A stretch of DNA of 64,000 bases from Heterodontus francisci (taxonomy: Eukaryota), in the NCBI RefSeq assembly GCF_036365525.1, contig NW_027142279.1, forward strand, positions 992,001-1,056,000. The letters are read 5' to 3'. Below the pieces are notes generated by a model, which was not told the DNA's origin, made no database searches, and saw nothing but the letters and a program-made list of their open reading frames with translations. The translations under genes were made by a program, and so were the position numbers. Below are positions 12,261 through 25,457 of the stretch, one piece after another; position 1 is the first letter of the stretch, and every line of letters begins with the position of its first letter.

Positions 12261-13773
12261 ATTCAGTGACTCCCAGCTACTCTCCAATTTCCCAATATTA
12301 ACATCCAGATCAGTCAGTTGAACTGTTGTGAAATGACTCATTGGTCACAACTCTCTAGTGTAACGATGTAAAACGTCTGCAATAAGTGAACATGGCTGCG
12401 TATCTTCCATTGATGGACATTCAGACAAGGAGAGCTGCAGCTTGGAAAGGGCTTTTAACGTGTTTGACTCCCTGACCACCCAGTGTGATTGTAAATCTGA
12501 TTGTAAACTGTGTGTTTAAAGTTTTATTGCATTCTCTGTCTGCTCAATATATCTATGAACGCTAAACCTGACCGTCTCAAGAAGATTATTGATGTTGCTG
12601 GAATGACTTTCCCATCTGATCATGGAAATCCAATGTTTTCTTGTTCTGGGAGGGAACACGCACTGTTAAATGATTGCTGAGGGCTGGGATCAGAAGGGAT
12701 GTGACTGTACGTAGTGGGTCTGCCCAGCATTCCCCAAACCTCATGCTGCTCCATTCTATTCTGGTCTGTGCTTCCACCCTGGATAATCCAGCTCACTTGA
12801 GGACTCACAGAGGAAAATGAGAAATCCTGGCAACAGGAGTGGACCATTCGGCCCATTCGAGCTTGCTGTTGACGTGATGAACCTGGCCCTTCAAAAGCCA
12901 TTTGATACAGTTCCACACAACAGACTTGTGAGCAAACATGTAGTTCATTGAATAAAAGGGATGGTAACAACATGCATATAAAATTGGCTGAGTGACAAAA
13001 AAACTGAGAATAGTGATTAATGGATGTTTTCGGGCTGGAAGAAGGTTTGTGGTGGAGTTCCCCAGGGATCAGTGGTGGGACCCTGGCATTTCCTGATATA
13101 TATTAATGTCCTAGACCTCGGTGTACAGGGCACAACTTCAAAATTTGCAAATGATACGAAACCTGGAAGCATTGTGAAGTGTGAGGTGGATAGCGTAAAA
13201 CTTCAAAAGGACAGAGACAAATTGGTGGAATGGGCGGACAAGTGACAGATGAGGTTCAATGTGAGGAAATGTGAAGTGATTAATTTTGGGAGGAAGACCA
13301 TGGAGAGACAATATAGAATAGAGGTTACGATTCTAAAGAGGGTGCAGGAGCAGAAAGACCTGGATGCATTTGTGCATAAGTCATTGAAGGTGGCAGGACA
13401 GGTTGAGAGAGTGGTTCATAAAGTATACAGTATCCTGGGCTTTATTAATAGTGGCACAGATTATAAGAGCAACGAAGTTATTTTGAACTTGTGCAAGGCA
13501 CTAGTTCGTCCTCAGCTGGAGTATTGCCTCCAGTTTTGGGTGCTGCACTTGAGAAAAGATGTGAGGGCATTGGAGAGAGTACAGACGAGATTCACAAGAA
13601 TGGTTCCAGGGATGAGGAATTTCAGTTATGAAGATAGATTCGAGAAGTTAGGGCTGTTTTCCTTGGAGAAGAGAAGGCAGAGAGGTGATTTGAGAGAGAT
13701 ATTCAAAATCATGAGGGGTCTGGACAGAGTAGATAGAGAGAAACTGTTCCCACTCGTGAAAGGATCAAGACCA

Positions 13774-16530
13774 GGGCGCACAGTGATGCAGTGGTTAGCA
13801 CTGCAGCCTCACAGCTCCAGCGACCCGGGTTCGATTCTGGGTACTGCCTGTGCGGAGTTTGCAAGTTCTCCCTGTGACCGTGTGGGTTTCTGCTGGCTGC
13901 TCTGTTTTCCTCCCACAGCAATGACTTGCAGGTTGATAGGTAAATTGGCCATTGGAAATTGCCCCGAGTGTAGGTCGGTGATAGGGAGTATGCAGGGTTA
14001 GTCTTAATGGGTTGTTGTCATGGACTGCGACACCGACCAGCCCCTGGTGTGCAGCAAGGTTGGACTCAAACCAAAGAAGCTGCATCACTCCAAGCAGAAG
14101 GGCTGCCCGCGCATCACACTGGCAGAATTTCTCATCCACAGCGGTTACATAAGTTTCTAAATTCACTTGAAAAAGCCCTTCAAAACACTCCCACAGGGGA
14201 TGCAGAGACCAAAAGGGTCCACATCAGAGACGCCATCTATGACTCAGCAATGACCACCTATGGCAAATGTGTGAAGCGGAATGCAGGCTGGTTTCAATCT
14301 CACATTGAAGAGCTGGAACCTGTCATAGCCACTAAGCGCATTACACTGCTGAACTCCAAGAAAGTCCCCAGCGAGTTAACATCCGCAGCACTTAAAGCAG
14401 CCAGAAGCGCTGCGCAAATGACTACTGGCAACACCTATGCAGTCATATTCAGCTGGCCTCCGACACTGGAAATATCAGAGGAATGTATGATGGCATGAAG
14501 AGAACTTTTGGGCCAACCATCAAGAAGATCACCCCTCTCAAATCTGAATCAGGGGACACAATTACTGACCAACGCAAGCAAATGGACCGCTGGGTGGAAC
14601 ACTACCTAGAACTGTACTCCAGGGAAAATGTTGTCACTGATACCACCCTCAATGCAGCCCAGTCTCTGCCAGTCATGGATGAGCTGGACGTACAGCTAAC
14701 AAAATCGGAACTTGGTGATGCCATTGATTCTCTCGCCAGTGGAAAAGCCCCTGGGAAAGGATAGCATTACCCCTGAAATAGTCAAGAGTGCCAAGCCTGC
14801 TATACTGTCAGCACTGAACGAAGTGCTTTGCCTGTGCTGGGACGAGGGAGCAGTACCACAGGACATGCGCGATGCCAATATCATCACCCTCTATATGAAC
14901 AAGGGTGACCACGGTGACTGCAACAACTACCGTGGAATCTCTCTGCTCAGCATAGCAGGGAAAGTCTTCGCTCGAGTCGAATTAAACATGCTCCAGAAGC
15001 TGGCTGAGCATGTCTACCCTGAGGCACAGTGAGGCTTTCGAGCAGAGAGATCTACTATTGACATGCTGTTCTCCCTTCGCCAGCTACAGGAGAAATGCTG
15101 TGAACAACAGATGTCCCTCTACATTTCTTTCATTGATCTCACCAAAGCCTTTGACCTCGTCAGCAGACGTGGTCTCTTCAGACTACTAGAAAAGATTGGA
15201 TGTCCACCAAAGCTACTAAGTATCATCACCTCATTCCATGACAATATGAAAGGCACAATTCAGCACAGCGGCGCCTCATCAGACCCCTTTCCTATCCTGA
15301 GTGGCGTGAAACAGGGCTGTGTTCTCGCACCTACACTGTTTGGGATCTTCTTCTCCCTGCTGCTCACACATGCGTTCAAGTCTTCAGAAGAAGGAACTTT
15401 CCTCCACACAAGATCAGGGGGCAGGTTGTTCAACCTTGCCCGTCTAAGACCGAAGACCAAAGTACGGAAAGTCCTCATCAGGGAACTCCTCTTTGCTGAC
15501 GATGCAGCATTAACATCTCACACTGAAGAGTGTCTGCAGAGACACATCGACAGGATTGCGGCTGCCTGCAACGAATTTGACCTCACCATCATCCTCAAGA
15601 AAACGAGCATCATGGGACAGGATGTCAGAAATGTTCCATCCATCAATATCGGCGACCACGCTTTGGAAGTGCTTCAAGAGTTCACCGACCTAGGCTCAAC
15701 TATCACCATTAACCTGTCTCTCGATGCAGAAATCAACAAGCGCATGGGAAAGGCTTCCGCTGCTATGCCCAGACTGGCCAAGAGGGTGTGGGAAAATGGC
15801 GCACTGACACAGAACACAAAAGTCCAAGTGTATCATGCCTGTGTCCTCAGTACCTTCCTGCATGGCAGCAAAGCCTGGACAACGTATGTCAGCCAAGAGC
15901 GACGCCTCAATTCATTCCATCTTCACTGCCTCCGGAGAATGCTTGGCATCAGGACCGTATCTCCAACACAGACGTTCTCGAGACGACCAACATCCCCAGC
16001 ATATAAGCCAGCGGAGCATCAGATGGCTTGGCCATGTGAGCCGCATGGAAGATGGCAGGATCCCCAAGGACACATTGTACAGCGAGCTCGTCACTGGTAT
16101 CAGACCCACCAGATGTCCATGTCTCCACTTTAAAGACGTCTGCAAATGCGACATGAAGTCCTGTGACATTGATCACAAGTCGTGGGAGTCAGTTGCCAGC
16201 GATCACCAGAGCTGGCAGACAACCATAAAGGTGGGTCTGAAGAGTGGCGAGTTGGAGAGACTTAGCAGTTGGCAGGAAAAAAGACAGAAGCGCAAGGAGA
16301 GAGCCAACTGTGTAACAGCCCCGACAACCAATTTTATATGTAGCACCTGTGGAAGAGTCTGTTACTCTAGAATTGGCCTTTATAGCCACTCCAGGCGCTG
16401 TTCCACAAACCACTGACCACCTTCAGGCGCTTACCCATTGTCTTCGAGACAAGGAGGCCAAAGAAGAAGTTCGGCATGACTGGGTGGGCCGAAGGGTCTG
16501 TTTCAATGCTGTATCTCTAATAAATATTAA
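13774..16530 (+). mobile_element. tRNA-derived V-SINE (HE1-like), 13774-14017 plus 16470-16530, split by RTE
   Basis: A/B boxes gcagtggttagca...gggttcgattc, V-domain gcggagtttgcaagttctccctgtgaccgtgtgggtttc, 3' tail gggccgaagggtctgtttcaatgctgtatctctaa. Confidence 0.85.
14018..16469 (+). mobile_element. RTE-clade LINE (BovB/RTE-1-like), 5'-truncated, frameshifted
   Basis: Ends of endonuclease (DCDTDQ), NYRGISLLS, FIDLTKAFDLV, GVKQGCVLAP, LLFADD, C-terminal CSTCGRVCYSRIGLYSHSRRC, (GAA)n tail. Confidence 0.93.
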
Positions 16531-17924
16531 ACGAGAGGACACAGATTTACAATATTTGGTAAGAGAAGCAAAAGTGACATGAGGAAAGACTTTTCACACA
16601 GCGAGTCTGGAATGCGCTACCTGAGAACGTGGTGGAGGCAGGTTCAATTGAAGCATTCAAAAGGGAATTAGACAGTTATATGAAAAGGAAGAATGTGCAT
16701 GGTGAAAGGAGGAAGCCGGGGGAATGGACCTGAAGAAGTTGCTCTTTCAGAGAGCCAGTGGACATGATGGGCTGAATGGCCTCCTTCTGCATTATCACAA
16801 TTCTATGATTGTTATGAGGAAAGGTTGAAGAGTTTGGCCAAATCGACTCAACTCAAAGGTTGAGTCTGTGGAACTCGGTTCCCCGGAGAGCATCGGAGGC
16901 TGGGCCATTGAATATATTCAAGCTTGAGTTGGACAGATTTTTGATCTACAAGGGAGTCAGGGTTATAGGGGGAAGACAGGAAAGTGGAGTTAAAGCTACA
17001 ATCAGATCAGCCATGATCTTATAGAATGGCTGAGCAGGCTCGAGGGGCCAACAAACACGCAATGATATCAGTTCAACTCCTGTTGAGTTAATTGCTGATA
17101 TCAGGAATGGCTCTGTCACTGAACCCCCTCACTGTTCATACACAGAGCAGACTTCTCAACCTCTGCTTATAGGATAATCCCCACATATCCCTTCCACTGT
17201 TTGCAACAGGCAAGGTACGGGCCGTATCTCACCAGCCCATGCTTGCAAAACTAAATACACAGTTTCCAACATGAGATGTGATTCTGCAAATGGACAACAT
17301 TTGCTAAATAATCATGTGCTAAGAATTACACTGACAAAAAATTTAAAATTGGCATTCTTGCGGATTGTCCTGGTGAGTGCAAGATGAAGAGCTTTGACAA
17401 CATGTCGCTATTTTCGGCAATACTCAAGTTCTGTACTTCCAAACGACTACCTCAATGACATCACCCTTTAAATTCCTATACTCAAGGGAATATGACACAT
17501 GACCATACAAACTGTGAAGCTAATTTAACCCTTTTAAACCCGATGTCACTGCCTCCAAGGCTGAGATATCCTTCCTGAGCTGCGGTGCAGGTGCACAGAA
17601 CTGAACAGAATTCCTCCAGATGGGGTCGAATCAGAGCTTCATACAACAGTAACACAACATCCAGCGCTTTCTATTCCAGCCTCCTTGATGGAAAAAGGAC
17701 AACATTCTTTGTTGTAGTAGTTACTTCATTTTAATTATTTGACCTGGAAACAAATCTGCAGAAAGGTTATTTCAGCGAGCGGGAGGTCACTCCATGGAAC
17801 AGGCTTCCAGGGAGATGCTGGAAGCAATTATTACATGTACATTCGAGAGATTTCACTCAGAGATACAGTTTTAGTGTAAGCTGAGTCATGAGGGGTGGTG
17901 AGTGTAACATGTTTAGGAGGAACA

Positions 17925-18870
17925 GGGGAATTCAACAGTAATTTCAGGAGGGGGAAAAAGAACAACAAATACAATAACTTCTGGAGCAAAAATACACGAA
18001 CAAATACAGCAATAACTTCAGGAGGGAAATAAACAAATGCCACAACAAGTCGAACAGGGAACGAGCAGCAACAAATTCAACAACAACCTCAACAGGAGAG
18101 AAACACCAACAAATTCAACAGCATCTTGAACAGGGAAAGAGCACCAACAAATTCAACAACAACCTCACCAGGAGAGAAACACTAACAAATGCAACAACAA
18201 CTTGAACAGAGAACGAGCACCAACAAATTCTACAACAACCTCAACAGGAGGGAAACAACAACAAAGAACAACAACCTCAGCAGCAGAGAAACCAACAAAC
18301 TCAACAACAATCTCAACAGGAGAAAAACACCAACAAATACAAAAACCTCCTCAACAGGGCAGAAACACCAACAACTGCAGCATCAATTTCAAGAGGAGAA
18401 AAACACCGACAAGTTCCAAAACACGGTCAGCAGGAGAAACACAGCAAATTCAAAAACAACTGCAGGTGGAGAAAAGCACCAAGAAATCGAGCAACATCGA
18501 GTGAAAAACACCGACAGATACAGCAACAACTTCAAGAGAAAAACACCAACAGATACAACACCACCCTTGGCAGAAGCAAAAACAGTTAACTTCAACAACA
18601 AGTTCAGCAAGCGAAAAGCACCAACAAATTCAAAAGTAATTTCGGCAGAAAAACACAAACAAATTCAACAGCAACGACGTCAGCCAGAGAAACACCCCAA
18701 CAAATACAAAAACAACCTCAACAGGATAAAATACCAACAAATTCAACAATTTCAACCGGAAAAGAACAGCTTTGTGAGGACAAAAAAAATCTAACAAATA
18801 CAACAACTTCAGTAGCTGATAATCACAAACAAATTCAACATCAGCAGAAGGGGAAAACACACCGATAAAT
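17925..18870 (+). repeat. A/C-rich ~38-bp minisatellite (caacaacaacctcaacaggagagaaacaccaacaaatt)n
   Basis: Degenerate tandem units read directly; source of the N/Q/T-rich ORFs. Confidence 0.9.
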
Positions 18871-21089
18871 TGGGCAATGGCACAAGCTGTTGGAGGGACA
18901 GGAAATCGTTCACGGGGGGACATAGTATCTGATTGGCTGCAGCGCCCCACATGTTTGGAGGTCAAAGGGGTCAAAAGCTGCCTCCAGCTTCCGCGCAACC
19001 GCGGTTTCGGCGACATGTGAGCACGCATGTGGGGGGAGGGGCCAGCACCAAACTGCACCGCCAGAACTGTCCCAAACTCTTAAAGGGACCCAACGTGGAC
19101 AGACAGAGCAAGAGACTGAGAGAGCAAGTGACAGAGAGGGAAATAGAAAAGAGAGAGTGATGGGGGAGAGAGAGAGAGAAATGAGCTTGAAAGAATAATA
19201 GAGAGATGGAGAGACTGAGAGAAAATAGGTGATGGGGAGAGAGTGAGAGAGCAAGAGATGGTGAGAAATGGAGGGAGAATTTCCTCAATTGGATAGAGAT
19301 GGAGAGAGAGTGATAGAGAGATGTAAAGAGCGATCAAAGAGAAAGGAAGGTGGAGAGTGAGGGACTGGTAGAGTTTGAGAGTGAGGAAACAGACAAATGG
19401 AGAGATAAAGGTGAGGAAAGAGTAACAGAGTGAAAGAGAGAGAGAGAGTGGGAAGGAAAATGAGAAATCAGAGGAAACGAGTAGACACAGGGTGTACAGA
19501 AAGAGCGAAAAATGAATGAGTGTCCGTCAGAGAGAGAGGGGAATTCCGGGATAGATGTGGGCAGAGAGAGAGGCAGATAGTGTGTGTGTGCGTGAGAGAG
19601 AGAGAGAGAGAGAGATCAGCACACGTTCATAGTATAGAAAGACTCGCCGTGTTAATCAGTCATTTAATTGGGTGCACAACCAGACAAAAGTAACTTTATT
19701 CCCGGGTGAATGAGTGGAGTCAGACATATAAAAAACAGATTGCAGGTTAAGGCCCAGATAAGCTTTATTAAAGATTAAAAGTTGCAGAGAGAAGTCACCC
19801 AGTAATCCTGGTTGCAACCCATTGGACTCGATACAATGGTCCAAAAATATTATCACTGCCAATCAAACAAATTCATCAGCTCTACAGCAAACAGTGAAAT
19901 ATCCATAAACTGCAGTGTTTAATGATTGGAGGAAGATGGCAGAGCATGACTGAGAACATGTAGAAAGACACAAAGTATTTGTTTAGTTTCTCTGCCTTTG
20001 TCCTCTGATGAGAGGCTGAGTAAATTGGACCTGTATTCTCTGGAGTTTAGAAGAATGAGAGGTGATCCTATTGAAACATATCAGATTCTAAAGGGACTGG
20101 ATAGGATCGACACTGAGAGATTGTTACCGCTGCTCGGGAAATGAAAGCCTCCCTTATCCCTTCCTAACCAGCTTACCCACCTGTCCTGTCAGCCTCAGGA
20201 ATCAGTGAACATTCACTTCAAGGCCCCCCGGGGTTCACAGACAAAGAGACAATGTTGGAGAACAGTCACGTTGTTAGGCTAGATCGAAAGGGCAAATGTC
20301 AAATATATTCATAGTTTGATGTAATCCTGTGTACACAGATGTACAAGAAATAGGCTTAGAGTGAGAAACATCAGGAGAGAGGGATAAATACAGATGGAGA
20401 GAGGGCACCAGTGAGAAAGGGAGAGATAGGCATGGAGAGAGAAGTGGAGAGCTACTCTTACTGGTAATCTCTCTCCATCTCTGTCTTCCCCTCTCTCTTA
20501 CTCACTCAATCACTAGTTCCCCTCTCTGCTAATCTGTCCATGTTTATCTCTCCCCTCTTCTCTCTCTATCTCGATCTCCCTCTGTACCCTCTCAATCCCA
20601 ATCTCTAGCCGTTTCATACCTTCAACGATGCTGCACACAGTTTTGCGGAAACACTGACCGACACTGTCCTTCCCAATCTCTTCCTCTTTCTCTCTGGTAC
20701 TCTCTCCCCAGTGCTATCCTTCCCTCTCTCTTTGTTCTTTTCTATCTCTATACCCATCCCTGTCTTTCGCACTGTTACTCTCTCCATCTGGATGGAGGAG
20801 GAGAAGGAGAGGCATATATAGCTTTACTCTGTATCTAACCCCACACTGTACCTGCCCTGGGAGTGTTTGATAGAACAGAGAAGGCAGAGATTGACTCAAT
20901 AGCTAACTAATAGCTTGGCAGCATTTGATGGGACAGTGTAGATGGAGCTTTACTCTGTATCCCTGCAATTTAGAAGGTTAAGGGGTGATCTGATCAATGT
21001 TTGAAGTGGTGCATGGGGTGCCAATCAAGTGGGCTGCTTTGTCCTGGATGGTGTCGAGCTTCTGGAGTGTTCTGTAGAGGGACAGAGTG

Positions 21090-21770
21090 TATACAACATT
21101 GGATAAGGGACAGAACACAGAGAGTAGTGGTGAATGGTTGGTTCAGACTGGAGGTCCGAATCTATCCCTGAAATAATCTTATGCACTTCTATTCACTCTT
21201 CCCACAATCTCCTTTGCTCTATGGAGACCAAACCCAGCTTTTCCAACCTAACTTTGTCGCTAAAATCCCTCATCCCAGTAACCATTCTGCTAAATCTCCT
21301 CTGCAACCTCTCAAGGACTATCCCCTCCTTCCTAAAGTGTGGTGACCAGAACTGGACACAATTCTCCAATTGGGGCCTAACCAGAGCTTTATAAATGTTC
21401 AGCATAACCTCCCTGCTTTTGTACTCACTGTATACAGTGTACATTGTGGTACAGGGGTATTCCCCAGTGGTTTGGATTAGGACAACTGATCGTTTTGATA
21501 TATATTAATGACTTGGACTTGGGTTTACAGGGCATAACTTCAACATTGTGCCATCTGCAATGGAACAAACAGGGAAGGGAATAGTAGTAGACTTCAGTTG
21601 GATAGAGGCAGTCTGGTGAAATGGTGAGACTCATGGCAGGTTAACTTCAATGCTGAGAAATGTAAAATGATGCATTTTGGAAGGAAGGCTGAGAAGAAGC
21701 GATATAAACTAAATGGTATCATGTTAAAATGGGTGCAGGGACAAAGAGATCTGGGATTTCACTTGTGTCA
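21090..21770. mobile_element. Rearranged CR1 fragments (minus piece ~21170-21425 between plus pieces)
   Basis: Minus ORF YKALVRPQLENCVQFWSPHFRK; plus-strand YINDLDLG-like and FNAEKCKMMHFG-like flanks. Confidence 0.7.
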
Positions 21771-22784
21771 CTTTTTATATCTTAAAGATTCAATTTGGGG
21801 CTTGCAATCTGTAAGTTGAATCTAGCTTCATCCCGAAAAGTGTTAACAAACGTGTTGGGAAATGTGTCAAAAGCTGTTTCCATTCAGACATTCCTGCATT
21901 GTGGACGTTTGAGCTATCTTTGCAGAGACAGGAAATAGGGGTGTTTGAATGGACCAGCAGGTTTTGGTTGATGCAATAAGGTGAGAATTTGAATTGTTTC
22001 CCTTGCAGATCCACAGAATTTAAGGTATTTACAGAACACCACATGAAGTAGTTTACCAATGTCTGACAAACTTCAAAGAATTCAGACACATGGAAGAAGA
22101 GGAGAAGGGAACAATATACAAAACCTGAGACAGTCAGACAACAGCAGTAGGAAAATGAATCGCTTTTTATGTGTTTTAATTTGAAGGCCTGAACTGATGA
22201 TTGAAAAAGCAGGAGTTCAAATCCCACACTGGGCTGTTGTGAATTTGAATTCTGTTTTTTCAAAAAGAAACATCAATCTGGAATTAAAAAACCTCTCGGA
22301 TGGAATGATTCACTCCTGTCTACTAGTGCAAAGCCCGTGTGTGTCTCAATTTTGCTGCATTCATGAACGATTTAAGATGATGGGGTAGAATGACACCAAT
22401 GACACAAAAATAGGCAGCGTTGTAAGCAGTGTAGCTGGAAGCATCAAATTACAAAGAGATAATAATATCTTAAATAAATGGGCAAAACTGTGGTAGATAG
22501 ATTTCAATGTCGGTAAAAAATACTAGAGCAGAGTACTTTACAAATGCTGAAAAACAAGAAACACTGGTGGTCCAAAGAGACTTGGGGGGTCCATGTCCAT
22601 TTGAGTGCAGTGTAGATTTACCAGAATGATAACTGGACTCAAAGGGATAAATTACGAGGTGATATTACACAAACTGGGGATTTATTCCCTGAAAGTTAGG
22701 AGGATCAAGGTGATTTGTTCAAAGTTGTTGAGATATTAAGGGGAACTGATGGGGTAGTTTTGGATAAAGTATTTCAGCAGCATG

Positions 22785-23240
22785 GGAACATAGGAACAGG
22801 AGTAGGCCATTCAGCCCATCGAGCCTGCTCCACCATCCAATACTATCATGGCTGATCATCCATTTCAATGCCTTTTCCCCAGACTATCCTCATATCCCTT
22901 TATGTCATTGGTATTTAGAAATCTGTCAATCTCTGCTTTAGACATACTCAATGACTGAGCTTCAACAGCCCTCTGGGGTAGAGAATTCCAAAGATTCACA
23001 ACCCTCTGAGTAAAGACATTTCTCCTCATCTCCGTCCTAAGTGGCTTCCCCCTTATTTTGAAATTGTGTCCCCTGGTTCTAGACTCCCGAACCAAAGGAG
23101 ACATCTTACCTGCATCGAACCTGTCTATCCCTTTATGTATTTTGTATATTTCAATAAGATCACCTCTCATTCTTCTGAATCCCAATGAGTACAGGCCCAA
23201 CCTGTTCAACCATTCCTCAGAAGACAACCCCATTATCCCA
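22785..23240 (-). mobile_element. CR1 3' end abutting the truncated V pseudogene
   Basis: ORF 22865..23233 LGLYSLGFRRMRGDLIEIYK..FTQRVVNLWNSLP; tail at ~22785. Confidence 0.9.
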
Positions 23241-23593
23241 GGAGTAAAACATCAGCCGCGGCTCCTTCGCCTGTCCTGTCTGTACCAGAACATGGAACCG
23301 TTACCCTCACCCTCCACACGACACTCCAGTCCTACTCCCTCCCTAGGAAGTCTGGAGATGGCGGTGGAAGCTGACGGACCCTCGCTGAGATCGTGCCTGG
23401 GGGAAGAGACAGGGAGAGCAGAAGATCAGTGAACAGGGACAATCTGGAATGTGAGGAATGAAGGAAGGAGAGAAAGATAGAGAGAAAGACAATAAGAAAG
23501 AGAGCTGTTAGCACAAACAATGGGGGTGTGGGGTGGTGGTGAGAAAGATCCCTTACTTTGAAATAAGACCATGAGACTCAGTAACAGATACAT
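23241..23593 (-). pseudogene. Inverted TCR beta V pseudogene (TRBV30-like family), 3'-truncated, no RSS found
   Basis: Leader 23593-23557 MYLLLSLMVLFQ + gtaagg; acceptor ttcccccag; V exon 23396-23241 TISARVRQL/TAISRLPREGVGLECRVEGEGNGSMFWYRQDR/KEPRLMFYS with two 1-bp frameshifts; colinear with V at 56607; CCAAT and ggggcgtgt upstream (~23720-23750). Confidence 0.88.
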
Positions 23594-23754
23594 CTTCCAC
23601 TGGAAGCTGATCCTGCAATTGGGAAATCAGTGGAAAGAAGAGAGTTGAGTCTTGTGTGCAGCCACATGAAAACTCAAGGAAGTGATTCAAATTTGCACAA
23701 CACCTCCCTCCCTGATGGGAAACACACGCCCCTTTCTCTACCATTGGCTTCCAC

Positions 23755-25450
23755 TCGTTGCTGTTGAATTTGTTGGTATCATTCTGCTGCTGAAGTTGTT
23801 GGTGTATTTGTTGCTGTATTTGCTGGTGTTTTTCTCCGACTGAGGTTGTTGAATTTGTTGGTGTTTGAATCTCCTGCTGATCTGTTGTTGAATTTGTTGG
23901 CGTTGTTCTCCTGCTGAGGTAATTGTTGTGTTGGTTGGTGTTTTCCCTTCTGAGGTTTTTGTTGAGGTTGTTGTTTCCTTCCCTGCTTAACTTGTTGTTG
24001 CATTTTTTAATGTTGTGGTTGTTGTTGTTTCTTTTTGCGTTTATATTCCCTGCTGAGGTTATTTTCTCTTTTTGAATTCATTCTTGAGATTTTGGGCGAT
24101 GCTGCTGGAGGCCAGCATTTATTGTCCATCCTTTTCGCCCCTTGAGAAGGTGGTGGTGAGCTGCCTTCTTGAACTGCTGCAGTCCATGTGGGGTAAGTAC
24201 ACCCACAGTGCTGTTAGGAAGGGAATTCCAGGATTTTGACCCAGCGACAGTGAAGGAACGGCGATATAGTTCCAAGTCAGGATGGTGTGTGACTTGGAGG
24301 GGAACCTGCAAGTGATGGTGTTCCCAAGGATCTGCTGCCCTTGTCCTTCTAGGTGGTAGAGGTCCAGGGTTTGGAAGGTGCTGACGAGGGAGCCTTGGTG
24401 CATTGCTGCAGTGCATCTTGTAGATGGTACACATTGCTGCCACTGAGCATCGGTGGTGGAGGGAGTGAAAGTTGTGGATGGGTGGAGGGAGTGAAAGTTT
24501 GTTGATGGTTTGCCAATCAAGCGGACTGCTTTGTCCTGCATGGTGTCGAGCTTCTTGAGTTTTGTTGGAGCTGCACCCATCCAGGCAAGTGGAGAGTATT
24601 CCATCACACTCCTGACTTGTACCTTGTAGATGGTGGACAGGCTTTGGGGAGTCAGGAGGTGAGTTGCTTGTCACAGGATTTCTAGCCTCTGTCCTGCTCT
24701 TGAAGCCACAATATTTATATGGCTATCCCAGTTCAGTTTCTGGTCAATGGTAACCCTTTAGGATGTTGATAGTGGGGGATTCAGCGATGTTAATTCCATT
24801 GAATGTCAAGGGGAGATGGTTAGATTCTCTTTTAATTGAGATGGTCATTGCCTGGCACTTATGTGACACGAATGTTTCTTGCCAATTATCAGCTCAAACC
24901 TGGATGTTGTCCAGGTCCTGCGACATCTGAACACGGGCTGCATCAGAATCTGAGGTGTCACGAATGATGCTGAACATTGTGCAATCATCAGTGAACATCC
25001 CCACTTCTGATCTTTTGATTGAAGGGAGTTCATTGATGAAGCAGTTGAAGATTGTGGGACAGGACATACCCGGGGATGGGGATGACGAGGTGTGTGACAT
25101 TGTCTGTAAGGCATAATTCCCTGAGTATGACGATGTCAGGCTGTTGCTTGACAGCTCTCCCAACTTTGGCACAAGCCCCTAAATGTTGGTAAGGAGGATT
25201 TTGCAGGTTCGACATGTTGTTGCATCTGTTGCTGTGTTTCGCCTGCTGAAGTTGTATTTATTACTTTTCTCCTCCTGAAGCACTTGTTGAATTCTGTTGA
25301 TGTTCTTTCTCCTCCTGACGTTGTTGTATTTGTTGGTGAGCTTTTTTTTTGCCAACGTTGCTTCTCAAATTGTTGGTGTTTTCCCCTGCTGAGGTTGTTG
25401 TTGAATTTGTTAATGATTTTCGTGCTGAGGTTTTTGTTGCATTTGTCGTA
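23755..25450 (-). repeat. Same ~38-bp AAC minisatellite in inverted orientation (23755-24075, 25215-25450), split by a LINE
   Basis: gttgttgttgaatttgttggtgtttt..cctgctgag units are the reverse complement of 17925-18870. Confidence 0.85.
24077..25214 (-). mobile_element. CR1-group LINE remnant (second family), internally deleted
   Basis: PTIFNCFINELPSIKRSEVGMFTDDCTMF, MEYSPLAWMGAAPTKLKKLD, SFTVAGSKSWNSLP; T-rich tail at ~24065-24085. Confidence 0.85.
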
Positions 25451-25457
25451 TTGCCCG

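Larger units (their letters stand above)
12890..16810 (+). mobile_element. CR1 LINE (12890-13773 and 16531-16810) split by nested SINE and RTE insertions
   Basis: GVPQGSVVGP, SKFANDTK, LEYCLQFW; sequence resumes at 16531 (acgagaggacacagattt); uninterrupted paralog at 45415-46590. Confidence 0.9.

Noticed and set aside
13774-13850. tRNA gene
   Set aside because: A/B boxes continue into the V-SINE body and LINE-like tail; it is a SINE head.
18189-18794. 201-aa N/Q/K/T-rich ORF
   Set aside because: Translation of the T-poor 38-bp minisatellite.
21790-22263. 157-aa minus ORF with splice-like sites
   Set aside because: No recognisable domain; could not build a consistent exon chain or find the missing 3' half of the inverted V there.
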